DNA from: an uncultured Alphaproteobacteria bacterium
Lineage (GTDB): Bacteria; Pseudomonadota; Alphaproteobacteria; RF32; CAG-239
Assembly (NCBI GenBank): GCA_944393665.1
Contig: CALYAX010000005.1
Span: forward strand, 20,611-84,610
Direction of reading: 5' to 3'
Length of the DNA stretch: 64,000 nt
Positions 1 through 8,614 of this stretch are shown here, one piece after another. Every line of letters starts with the position of its first letter. Position 1 is the first letter of the stretch. The translations under genes were made by a program, and so were the position numbers. The notes under the pieces were generated by a model. It was not told where the DNA came from. It worked only from the letters and a program-made list of their open reading frames with translations, and made no database searches.

Positions 1-367
1 TGTTTTCACTGCCACCTATCTCGGAACAAGGTTTTGAAAGGCATTCAACGGCTTTGCCGTCGCAAAGCTGTGATGAAAGTTGAAACTCCCCGTTGCAAGT
101 CGTTTCATCATATTGATATTCCGAAGGACAGACACAAGCCGTATAACAATACAGAACAGGATTTTCCCGGACGAGTTTCAATTCGCCGCCAAGGCGTTTC
201 GGGGATTCACAAGAAGGAGAATAACCGAAACATTCCATAGGCGCATCAATCCGGTGATTAAGGTCAGCATTATTTTTCAGATAATCAGGAAGCCAGTATA
301 TCCCTGCCTGCACCGGGAAGCTAACCGCTATCATAACCCAAAAACATAATTTTGAGATGTATCTCAT
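1..367 (-). CDS. N-terminal fragment (approx. 122 codons; gene continues beyond window start) of a 4th paralog of the secreted cysteine-rich repeat protein family (MRYISKLCFWVMIAVSFPVQA/GIYWLPDYLKNN...CVCPSEYQY...CDGK..EC)
   Basis: Manual minus-strand translation from ATG 365..367 is stop-free to position 1. It has a signal-peptide-like N-terminus followed by the GIYWLPDYLK(N/D)N motif and Cys spacing shared with the paralogs at 41401, 43907 and 46234. GGAG lies 7 nt upstream of the ATG and a TATAAT (plus 403..408, minus strand) lies upstream. It is not in the ORF track because no stop codon falls inside the window. Confidence 0.6.
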   Translation of the reverse strand, partial: MRYISKLCFWVMIAVSFPVQAGIYWLPDYLKNNADLNHRIDAPMECFGYSPSCESPKRLGGELKLVRENPVLYCYTACVCPSEYQYDETTCNGEFQLSSQLCDGKAVECLSKPCSEIGGSEN

Positions 368-572
368 TTCCGGCTCCGTATAATATTTGGTTTTCAAAAA
401 ATATTATACACAAGCTTTGCACAAAAGTAAATATCTTGTTAAGGATCGTAGACATAAATTTTTTCTAAATCCGACTCCAGCCGTTTTATTTTTTTAAACT
501 ATGCAAACCCTCTGGCCTGACCCGGAAGGTTTATATCTGTCCGCTTCAAAAGTTGTAAGCCGTTTGATACAT

Positions 573-601
573 AAAAAACCCGGTAAAAACCGGGTTTTTT
601 A
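573..601. terminator. Rho-independent terminator downstream of cysS (A-run, ACCCGG..CCGGGT hairpin, T-run; bidirectional appearance)
   Basis: Stem 578..583 pairs with 590..595, flanked by A6 and T6. Confidence 0.7.
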
Positions 602-612
602 TTACTTTAGAT

Positions 613-1998
613 TCAAGCGCGTTTCCAGGTGGTTCCGGAAGGGCTGTCTTCCAGGATAATTCCCTGCTCTTTCAGGCGGTTGCGGATTTCATCGGCCAGG
701 GCATAGTTTTTAGCCTTTTTGGCCTCGGCGCGGGCAGTGATTTCCGCTTCAATTGCAGCCTCGTCCAGACCGCCGGCTCCCTCTCCGCCTTTGAACCAGC
801 TTTCAGGATCCTGCCACAACAACCCCAGCAGATAAGCATCGGCCAACAACTGCGATTTATACTTAACCCGGTCAGTTTCGGTTCCGGCTTTGTTGAGATT
901 ATTGACATCTTCATGCAGATAACTCATTGCCAGCGGGGTATTGAGATCATCAGCCAAAGCCCCGACCAGCCGTTCATCAGGCGCTGTTTCTTCAACCGCC
1001 ACATGAAGATTTTGGCGCAGGGCGTTATAAAATTTATCCAGAGTTTGTTTGGCGGAATTAAGCCCCTCGTAAGTGAAGTTAAAGGGCTGGTGATAGTGCG
1101 TGCTCAAAAAGAGCAGGCGCAGCGCCTCTGCCGGAGCCTTAGCCAGCACCTCTTCCAGGGTATAGAAATTGCCGAGAGATTTAGACATTTTAACGCCGTC
1201 GACCATCAGCATGCCGTTGTGCACCCAATAGCGGGCAAACTGCGAATCGGGATGGGCACACAGCGACTGGGCGCATTCGTTTTCATGATGCGGGAAAATC
1301 AAATCGGTGCCGCCGCCGTGGATATCAAAGGTATTCCCCAGCAGCCTGGAACTCATGGCCGAGCACTCCAGATGCCAGCCGGGGCGCCCGTATCCCCAGG
1401 GGCTTTCCCAGCCGGGTTGTCCGGCCTCTGAAGGTTTCCACAAAACGAAATCGGCAGGGTTTTTCTTATAATCGGCCACCTCAATCCGGGCGCCGGCCAG
1501 CATTTCTTTCATTGAACGGCCGGACAAATACCCGTAGCCGGGCATGGAGTCAACCGAAAACAAAACGTGGCCTTCCGCCTCATAAGCATGGCCGTTTTCA
1601 ACCAACAGCTTAACCAGTTCAATCATCTCCGCGATATATTCGGTAGCCCGGGGCCGAAAATCCGGCGACTGGACATTCAGTTTGGCCATATCATCAATAT
1701 ACCATTGATAAGTCTGCTCGGTAATTTCCCGGATTGAGCGTCCGGTATCCTGATGCTTTTTCAAAATTTTATCATCAACATCGGTTATATTCGATACATA
1801 AGTCACATGTTCTTTGCCGTAAACATGACGCAACAGACGGTTGAGCACGTCAAAAACAATCGGTGGACGCGCATTGCCGAGATGGGCTTTGTCATAAACA
1901 GTAGGGCCGCAGACATACATACGGACATTGGCGGCGTCAATCGGCGTAAATTTTTCTTTACGGCGGTGCAGGGTATTGTGTAAATAAATATCAACCAT
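613..1998 (-). CDS. cysS: cysteine--tRNA ligase
   Basis: 461 aa. HIGH-type motif (HLGNAR), KMSKS motif (KMSKSLGN) and Cys-binding CGPT/WHLEC signatures are present. Confidence 0.95.
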   Translation of the reverse strand: MVDIYLHNTLHRRKEKFTPIDAANVRMYVCGPTVYDKAHLGNARPPIVFDVLNRLLRHVYGKEHVTYVSNITDVDDKILKKHQDTGRSIREITEQTYQWYIDDMAKLNVQSPDFRPRATEYIAEMIELVKLLVENGHAYEAEGHVLFSVDSMPGYGYLSGRSMKEMLAGARIEVADYKKNPADFVLWKPSEAGQPGWESPWGYGRPGWHLECSAMSSRLLGNTFDIHGGGTDLIFPHHENECAQSLCAHPDSQFARYWVHNGMLMVDGVKMSKSLGNFYTLEEVLAKAPAEALRLLFLSTHYHQPFNFTYEGLNSAKQTLDKFYNALRQNLHVAVEETAPDERLVGALADDLNTPLAMSYLHEDVNNLNKAGTETDRVKYKSQLLADAYLLGLLWQDPESWFKGGEGAGGLDEAAIEAEITARAEAKKAKNYALADEIRNRLKEQGIILEDSPSGTTWKRA

Positions 1999-2065
1999 TA
2001 TTAAATCCTTTTTCTTTAGTGCAGGGACAGCTGTTAACAGCGAAACGCCTTTTGCGGCGCAGCAA

Positions 2066-3388
2066 TCAGGCCTCCAGGCCTTTTAAGCGATTGCAGACCC
2101 TACATCGGCCGATCAGCGGGAGAAGCACTTTCAATTCCGGCCCGGTTTCTGCGGCCGTAATCGCTTTGCGCAAAGGATGAAACAGCGCTTTGCCGCGGCG
2201 GTCGGTGGCCGTTTTAAGGGCTTCAACCCAGGAATTATAAGTGGTTTCGTCCCAAGGCTCCGGCGGCAAAAGCCCGGCAGCAGAGTCGGTTAGCGCCTTA
2301 TCTTCAATCACCGGTTTAAGTTTTTGGTGGCAGATTTTTTCCCATTCGGCGATGCCGGCAACTGTTTCAAGATTGCCACGAACGGCATTCCAAAATGCTT
2401 CATCACAATTCACGCGGTCTTTGACCCGGGCAAAAGGCAGGCTGCGGACAAACCGGGTGTTAAACAGTTTAAGCTCGGCTTCGTCAAATTTCGGCTGAGA
2501 GCGCCCCAGACGACTCAAATCCAAAGACTGCGCCAGACTGTCCAAATCATAAAAGGGCTCTATGGCTTCCGAAGTTCCGAGTTTGGCCAGAAAAGAACAA
2601 ATGGCCATGGCCTCCGTTCCCTCAGCACGTAATTCGCGAACTCCCAGCGACCCAAGCCGTTTGGAGAGTTTGCCCTCTTTGCCGGTGAGCAGCGGCAAAT
2701 GGGCAAAAGACGGCACCGGCGCTCCCAAAGCTTCAAACATTTGAATCTGGGCCGCGGTATTGGTGACATGATCTTCGCCGCGGATGATATGGGTAATTCC
2801 GAAATCGGCGTCATCAATAACCGAAGGCAGGTGATAGAGATAACTGCCGTCAGCGCGGATAATGACCGGATCAGCCAGATTGGCCGCATCATAATGTACC
2901 GGTCCGCGAACCATATCGTCCCATTCAATCAGACCGGGACTGAGTTTGAAACGATAATGCGGGCGGCGGCCTTCCTTTTCATAGGCAGCGATTTCTTCCG
3001 CAGTCAATTTAAGGGCCGAACGATCATAAATCGGCGGCAGGCCGCGCGATAACAAACGTTTGCGCATCACTTCCAGTTCTTCGGCGGTTTCATAACAGGC
3101 ATAGACCCTTCCCTCCGCTTTGAGGCGGGCGACAACCTCGTCATAGCGGGCCATGCGGGCGGACTGGCGCGCCTCCTCTTCCCAGGTAAGGCCAAGCCAG
3201 GTCAGCACCTCGCGCAAAGACTGCTCATATTCAGCCCGGGAACGTTCCCGGTCGGTATCATCAATCCGCAGCATAAAACGGCCGCCGAGTTTGCGGGCAA
3301 GCAGCCAGTTAAACAGGGCTGTCCGGGTATTGCCGATATGCATATGGCCGGTGGGACTGGGAGCAAAACGAACTTTGACGTCAGGCAT
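2066..3388 (-). CDS. gltX: glutamate--tRNA ligase
   Basis: 440 aa. PSPTGHMHIGN (HIGH) and KLSKR (KMSKS-class) motifs are present. Confidence 0.9.
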   Translation of the reverse strand: MPDVKVRFAPSPTGHMHIGNTRTALFNWLLARKLGGRFMLRIDDTDRERSRAEYEQSLREVLTWLGLTWEEEARQSARMARYDEVVARLKAEGRVYACYETAEELEVMRKRLLSRGLPPIYDRSALKLTAEEIAAYEKEGRRPHYRFKLSPGLIEWDDMVRGPVHYDAANLADPVIIRADGSYLYHLPSVIDDADFGITHIIRGEDHVTNTAAQIQMFEALGAPVPSFAHLPLLTGKEGKLSKRLGSLGVRELRAEGTEAMAICSFLAKLGTSEAIEPFYDLDSLAQSLDLSRLGRSQPKFDEAELKLFNTRFVRSLPFARVKDRVNCDEAFWNAVRGNLETVAGIAEWEKICHQKLKPVIEDKALTDSAAGLLPPEPWDETTYNSWVEALKTATDRRGKALFHPLRKAITAAETGPELKVLLPLIGRCRVCNRLKGLEA

Positions 3389-3462
3389 GGTAAAAAAATC
3401 CAGTTTAATTTTAAAAACTAAACTGGATCATATAGGCAAAACGCCCCAATTTCAAGGAAATT

Positions 3463-4203
3463 TTATCTTTTCATGCCTTTTAATTTTGCCCAAGCGGCAG
3501 ATACAAAATTAGTCGGTTTAACCGTTGCTTTGTTTTGGTTATCTGCTACAAGCTTTGTTTCTTCCTGCCGGTGCAGAGCCTGTCCAGCCAGGGCCTTATC
3601 ATCGGGCTGCCGCTGAGGTACGGCAGTTCTTCCGTTTATTTCCCCGGAATATTGCTTCAGCTGTTCGCTGATAATTTTGCTGACCCCGGTATTGATGTCA
3701 TAATTCTGCGCCCAACCTGAAGAACGGTATAAGGCCTCTGCATTGCGGGAATTTTTTTCCATCGTAAAAGGATAAAAATAAAGTTCAAAAGCCGTTCCCT
3801 CTTTGAAATTGGAGCTGTGCTCCGAAAATCCTTCCGCCAACAGCCCTAAAGCTTTTGCGGCAGCCTGGGATTCTTCAAATTTTCTGTCATAACTTTCCCC
3901 GCGGGAATTAGACTCCAATTGTGTAAAGGTATGATAGAGGCTTTTCGCAACAGCGGTATTGACCGCCTTGTCATTGTTCAAAAATTCCTCAGCCTGTTCT
4001 TTTCCGGTGTCTAAATATTTAAAACCATTGGAAAAATCGTGGTCAAAAAATTCTCTGCCATAACGAAACATACTGGCAATCTGACTGTTATCATATAAAC
4101 CGGAGCGAAAATTTTCACCAAACGCAGCCGGAGACAATTCTCCTTTTGTTAAAGAAATTCCGTCTGCAACAGCGTCGCGATACTTTTTATCCATGGGTTC
4201 CAC
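3463..4203 (-). CDS. hypothetical protein (246 aa, no signal peptide, no recognisable motif)
   Basis: Long ORF in an AT-richer stretch between gltX and the MlaC-like gene. Orphan by inspection. Confidence 0.5.
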   Translation of the reverse strand: MEPMDKKYRDAVADGISLTKGELSPAAFGENFRSGLYDNSQIASMFRYGREFFDHDFSNGFKYLDTGKEQAEEFLNNDKAVNTAVAKSLYHTFTQLESNSRGESYDRKFEESQAAAKALGLLAEGFSEHSSNFKEGTAFELYFYPFTMEKNSRNAEALYRSSGWAQNYDINTGVSKIISEQLKQYSGEINGRTAVPQRQPDDKALAGQALHRQEETKLVADNQNKATVKPTNFVSAAWAKLKGMKR

Positions 4204-4248
4204 CCTCCAAATGAATTTTTATTAATTTACACAATTTAGACAAAATTG

Positions 4249-4980
4249 TCAAGACCTTAATTCTGACAATTCCAATTTACGGCGGTTGTTATTTTCATTG
4301 GAAACGGTTTGGGTTTCAAGATCTTCCAAAAACCAGGCGATTTCGCCATCGAGGTCGGCAATCTGCTGGTAGAATTTATTGCGGTAAGCCAAAATAAGGC
4401 TGCTCTCGGCAAGTTTGATATCGACAAGTTTAATTTTGCCTCCGGTTTCATGCAGCCGGAAATAGAGCACAAAATCTTCGGCCGGCTGATCCGGACTCAT
4501 CCGGACATGGACAACCGCAGACACAGTGGTGAATTGTTTGTCGGCAGCAGCTCCTGTCACCTGGTAGGAAAGACTGTTTACAAAATCGAGCGGAAAAGTT
4601 TTATAAGCGCTTAAAGCATAGCGCCTAAACAATTGCAAATAAGCCTTTTTTTGTTCGTCAGACATTGTGCGCCAATATTTACCCATGACAAACCGGGCTA
4701 CGTAATCCAGATCAATATTTTCCAAAAACAGGCGGTCAAGAGCGGCAAAGCGGCGGCTGATGTCGGGGTCACGAAACGTATCCAATAACTCGCGGCCGGT
4801 TTGGTCGGCCCAGACTTTGGCAACTTCGGGGGCAACCGGAACCGCGACAGCAGCAGGAGCAGAGGAAGCAGCCAGAGCCGGACGGGCTGAGGAAGCCTCC
4901 GGCGCTGCAGATGCAGCAACGGGCAGTCCTCCTGAAAAAGCCAGACAGATAATAAGTTGCAAAAAAAACTTACTTTTCAT
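4249..4980 (-). CDS. MlaC/Ttg2D-family periplasmic phospholipid-binding protein (toluene tolerance family)
   Basis: 243 aa with a signal peptide and an Ala/Pro-rich linker. The overall sequence has the character of the Tol_Tol_Ttg2 family (YRLHETGGKIKLVDI, FRRY motifs). Confidence 0.55.
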   Translation of the reverse strand: MKSKFFLQLIICLAFSGGLPVAASAAPEASSARPALAASSAPAAVAVPVAPEVAKVWADQTGRELLDTFRDPDISRRFAALDRLFLENIDLDYVARFVMGKYWRTMSDEQKKAYLQLFRRYALSAYKTFPLDFVNSLSYQVTGAAADKQFTTVSAVVHVRMSPDQPAEDFVLYFRLHETGGKIKLVDIKLAESSLILAYRNKFYQQIADLDGEIAWFLEDLETQTVSNENNNRRKLELSELRS

Positions 4981-5024
4981 GATTTTTGCCTTATAGTTAG
5001 TTTCAGGTAACAGTTTAACATAAA

Positions 5025-6068
5025 TTGGTTAATAAAATGAAACTAAAAAATTTTGCCTTTCTGACCGTGGCGGCCGTGCTTGCGCTGATGACAACAGAGA
5101 GCGCCGCCAAAGACGGCGACGGTCTGAAATATATTTCTACCCGCGGTGAAATTCGCTGCGGAACCGACCTCTCAACCCAGACTTATGCTCATAAAGACGA
5201 GTATGGTGAATGGAAAGGTTTTGACGCTGATATTTGCCGCCTGTTTTCGCTGGCAATTTTCGGCGACAGTTCTCATTTTAAACTTGTTCATGTCAGCGCG
5301 CCGGAAATCTCACAAGCGCTGGCGGACAACAAGATTGACGTTATGCTTGGAAATACTGCCTTGTCGGCTGCTTATGAAATGAAAAGCAAAGCCAATGCCG
5401 CCGAGATTTTATATTATGACCGCCAGATGTTTCTGGCCGAGGCGAAACCCGGCGCCAAATCCATGGAAGCTTACCGCGGCAGCAAAGTCTGCGCCGTCGG
5501 CAACTCTGAAGCGGCCAATAATATCCGCAATTACAGCCGGAAATACGAATTGGACCTTAAAATTCTTCCCTTCCGGAGCGCTGCCGAAGCCAAAGCCGGA
5601 TTTTATCTGAAACGCTGCCAGCTGCTGACCGGAAATGAAACTTATCTCCGCGGCCTGGCCAAAACCGTCAAAACCAGCAACAGCCGTTCGGTGGTTTTGC
5701 CGGAAGTAATAGCCCAGCGCCCGGTATATGCCTATGTGAGCCGCGATAACAACCAGCTGCGGCTGATTGCCAAATGGATATTAAATGCGCCGCGGATAGC
5801 TGAAGAGGAAGGCATGAACACCCAAAACATTAAAATTTTTATCGGCAACACCGACAACAGCATCCGCAACCTGCTGGGTGACTCGCCGGACTTGTGGCAG
5901 GCTTTCGGACTGCGGCCCGACTGGGTAAAAAAAGCAATCAGCGAATTGGGAAATTACGGGGAAATCTACGAGCGCAACCTTGGCAAAGACTCTCCATTGA
6001 AAATTGACCGGGATCAAAACAACCTGATTAAAAATGACGGTTTGATTCAGGCTCTGCCGTTTTTATAA
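5025..6068 (+). CDS. amino-acid ABC transporter substrate-binding protein (AapJ-like)
   Basis: 347 aa with a signal peptide (likely true start near 5037, MKLKNF...) and a periplasmic binding fold of the SBP_bac_3 type. Confidence 0.65.
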   Translation: MVNKMKLKNFAFLTVAAVLALMTTESAAKDGDGLKYISTRGEIRCGTDLSTQTYAHKDEYGEWKGFDADICRLFSLAIFGDSSHFKLVHVSAPEISQALADNKIDVMLGNTALSAAYEMKSKANAAEILYYDRQMFLAEAKPGAKSMEAYRGSKVCAVGNSEAANNIRNYSRKYELDLKILPFRSAAEAKAGFYLKRCQLLTGNETYLRGLAKTVKTSNSRSVVLPEVIAQRPVYAYVSRDNNQLRLIAKWILNAPRIAEEEGMNTQNIKIFIGNTDNSIRNLLGDSPDLWQAFGLRPDWVKKAISELGNYGEIYERNLGKDSPLKIDRDQNNLIKNDGLIQALPFL

Positions 6069-6746
6069 GCGACGGATAAAATCAACGGCCAGGCTGAGTG
6101 CCTCCGGCGTAATCATATGCCGGCCGCCTTCAATTGTGGCGGTCTGTACTTTGCAGCCAAGCTCTTCAAGCTTCTGACGGGTGAAGTCGCGGGCGGAAAA
6201 ACGAATCAAATTATCATCATTGCCATGAATTAACAAAGTTTCCGGACGACTGGAGGCATGCTTTGCCAGATAGGGCGCTCCGGCTAAAATGCCGCTGAAA
6301 CTGACAACGGCTTTCATTTTTTCAGGATACATCAGGGCAATATACAGAGCAACCATCGCCCCTTGAGAAAAACCGCAGAGAACAAGGTCTTTCCACGCCA
6401 GCCCGTATTCAGCCAAAGACTGCTCGATATAAGGCACCAGGTGATCGTAAGCCTGCCTGAGCCCTAGTGTCATGCGGTCATAAAAAGCCACGCATTCCTC
6501 AAGAGTGGGAACCAGTTTCCGGTCATCATTGGGATCAAAACGGTGCATGGAATACCATTGGCGGTTATTTTCATGAATTTCGCACACCAGGGGCGACTGC
6601 GGCAAATGAATGGCAAAGTCATTCAACCGGTCATAAAAAACATCTAATTTTTTATCCAGAAAAACTGCCGAATCGATATAACCGTGCAAAAACACGACCA
6701 GCTGGCGGGGATAACCTTTGACATGCACGATTTCTTCACTAATCAT
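6063..6746 (-). CDS. alpha/beta hydrolase, phospholipase/carboxylesterase family
   Basis: 227 aa with a GFSQG nucleophile-elbow motif and downstream Asp/His. Confidence 0.7.
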   Translation of the reverse strand: MISEEIVHVKGYPRQLVVFLHGYIDSAVFLDKKLDVFYDRLNDFAIHLPQSPLVCEIHENNRQWYSMHRFDPNDDRKLVPTLEECVAFYDRMTLGLRQAYDHLVPYIEQSLAEYGLAWKDLVLCGFSQGAMVALYIALMYPEKMKAVVSFSGILAGAPYLAKHASSRPETLLIHGNDDNLIRFSARDFTRQKLEELGCKVQTATIEGGRHMITPEALSLAVDFIRRL

Positions 6747-6869
6747 CGCGATAACCTAAAATTTGCTCTGGTTATTGATTACACAAAAGGTTTAAACAAA
6801 TCGTAAATAAGGTTGAAGATCAGAAAATTATAATATATGATGTCAATACTTTGAACTAAGGGACTAAAA

Positions 6870-7253
6870 ATGAAATATTTTTTTGCAACAATCATCCTGC
6901 TGGCAGTTTCTGGCTGCGGAACCATTTTTATGGGAGAAAAACAGGATATCCGAATCCATTCTTCGGTGAATCTTGATAATGCCGAGATTAAAATCAACGG
7001 GGACACCTACCCTCATAACAGAGGTGTTTTTCAGGTTGACAAAAAGGCTGAAGGCCTGTTTATCACCATTTTAAAACCTCACTATTATGAAAAGACGCAG
7101 TATGCAGACCGGGTTATCAACCCATTTGCCCTGACCGGGGATATTTTATGGCTGATCGGGGCTCCGGTCGCCCTGGCAATTGATTTTTATACCGGGGGAT
7201 TCTATGAATACGAGCCATCGGAAATTTCCGTGACCATGAGAAAAAAGGACTAA
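6870..7253 (+). CDS. small lipoprotein (127 aa)
   Basis: Signal peptide plus lipobox LAVSGC, in an AT-rich region. Confidence 0.55.
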   Translation: MKYFFATIILLAVSGCGTIFMGEKQDIRIHSSVNLDNAEIKINGDTYPHNRGVFQVDKKAEGLFITILKPHYYEKTQYADRVINPFALTGDILWLIGAPVALAIDFYTGGFYEYEPSEISVTMRKKD

Positions 7254-7256
7254 AGA

Positions 7257-7607
7257 ATGAAAAGACTTCTGTTAATTGCGGCTGCCTGCTTTTGCCTGAG
7301 TGCCTGCGTATCACATCTTGCAGATTTGACTCTGGCTTCCAATCAAAATGTGAACCTCAATAATGTTAACTTAAATAACTTACCTCAAATTCGCAACGTT
7401 AACGGCTCTGATTATGGTATTGATATTTTGTTTATCCCACTGAAGCAAGCCAGTCTGATGAAAGCGGTGCGAGACGCTTTAAACAAAAGCGATTCAGATA
7501 TCATGATTGACGCAAGTGCAGACAGTTTTTATTTTTGGCTGTTTATCGGATTTGAAAAAATCAGCGTTAATGGAACAGCCGTAAAAACAACGGGAGTTGA
7601 AAAATGA
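7257..7607 (+). CDS. small lipoprotein (116 aa), paralog of the next gene
   Basis: Lipobox LSAC. Shares GSD..I.F.P......L..A..DA..K.D.D.M.D......W with the 7604..7954 product. Confidence 0.55.
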   Translation: MKRLLLIAAACFCLSACVSHLADLTLASNQNVNLNNVNLNNLPQIRNVNGSDYGIDILFIPLKQASLMKAVRDALNKSDSDIMIDASADSFYFWLFIGFEKISVNGTAVKTTGVEK

Positions 7608-7954
7608 AAAAACTTCTTTTAATCCTGACAATTTTGCTTTGCTCTGGTTGTGTCCAGAATCATGGACACTTTACGGTTTTATCAAACAAACTGGTTGATG
7701 TACAAGATTTTGAGCTGGATAAGGCTGACCGAGTAAAAAATATAAAGGGTTCAGACACAGCACACATTATAATTTTTGTCCCGACAAAACTTAATCCTTC
7801 ATTAGGAGCTGCGTTATCAGATGCTTTTACCAAAGCTGATGGTGATGTCATGACAGATGTTCATGTAACTTCGTGGTTTTGGTACATTCCTTACCTTTAT
7901 GGTTATTCAGGCTGGTCTGTTGAAGGCGATGTGGTCAAAACCCGTAAAAAATAA
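7604..7954 (+). CDS. small lipoprotein (116 aa), paralog of the previous gene
   Basis: Lipobox LCSGC. Its start overlaps the previous stop as ATGA. Confidence 0.55.
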   Translation: MKKLLLILTILLCSGCVQNHGHFTVLSNKLVDVQDFELDKADRVKNIKGSDTAHIIIFVPTKLNPSLGAALSDAFTKADGDVMTDVHVTSWFWYIPYLYGYSGWSVEGDVVKTRKK

Positions 7955-7956
7955 TA

Positions 7957-7985
7957 AAACCGCCGGTTAAATACCGGCGGTTTTC
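7957..7985. terminator. Bidirectional rho-independent terminator separating the lipoprotein genes (+) from the phage-like cluster (-)
   Basis: AAAACCGCCGG-ttaaata-CCGGCGGTTTT. Confidence 0.75.
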
Positions 7986-7988
7986 ATA

Positions 7989-8183
7989 CTATTCCTTGGG
8001 ATAACGCGCTTTAATATCCTGCCAGCGCTCAATAATATCAATGAGTTCATACGGCAAGTCGCCTCCTGACTGCAAAACGCCGTCAAAGGCTTTTAAAATC
8101 GCGTCCAGCTGATCGCCCAAAGGCAATTTTTTTTCATATGCTTTTTGTCGCTTCTGATAATAAGACATTTTAGTTCTTGGCAT
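7989..8183 (-). CDS. hypothetical protein (64 aa), last gene of phage-like cluster
   Basis: ORF contiguous with the cluster. No motif recognised. Confidence 0.35.
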   Translation of the reverse strand: MPRTKMSYYQKRQKAYEKKLPLGDQLDAILKAFDGVLQSGGDLPYELIDIIERWQDIKARYPKE

Positions 8184-8194
8184 GTGTATAATCC

Positions 8195-8602
8195 TTATTT
8201 AATGAGTTTCTGACCGACACCATAGAGAGCATTAACCAGTCCCTGCCGGTAGGCCTCGCGGTTTTCAGCCTCCGCGGTGTCAACTTTATAATTATAATTT
8301 ACCGCCTCATTATTTATATCATCAAATGCCTCTCTGGCGATGCGTCCCTGCACGGCAGAGGCCGACTTGGAATTGCTGATTCCCATGCTGCCGAGTTGTG
8401 CGCGTTTGGACGCCAGCTGCTGTTCAAGCAGATTTTTACGTTTGTTAATATTATAAGCCGTGTTAGCATAGGCGTTATTGATATAGAGTTTTTGTTTTTT
8501 ATCTTTTTTAAATGCCGAGAGTAAATTATACCCCATCATTAGTGCGCCAAGTATGGCTGTTCCACTTACTCCACCAGAGGAATCTGCAGGTGCATCTGCC
8601 AT
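8195..8602 (-). CDS. phage membrane/virion protein (135 aa), T7 gp13-like by position and size
   Basis: N-terminal TM segment. It lies immediately after the tail tubular B-like gene. Confidence 0.35.
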   Translation of the reverse strand: MADAPADSSGGVSGTAILGALMMGYNLLSAFKKDKKQKLYINNAYANTAYNINKRKNLLEQQLASKRAQLGSMGISNSKSASAVQGRIAREAFDDINNEAVNYNYKVDTAEAENREAYRQGLVNALYGVGQKLIK

Positions 8603-8614
8603 TATTTTTCTCCT

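Noticed and set aside
34-349. Plus-strand ORFs 34..240 and 80..349 from the ORF track
   Set aside because: They are antisense to a far more convincing minus-strand coding frame (1..367) that reproduces the conserved N-terminus of the cysteine-rich family. They have no SD or motif support.
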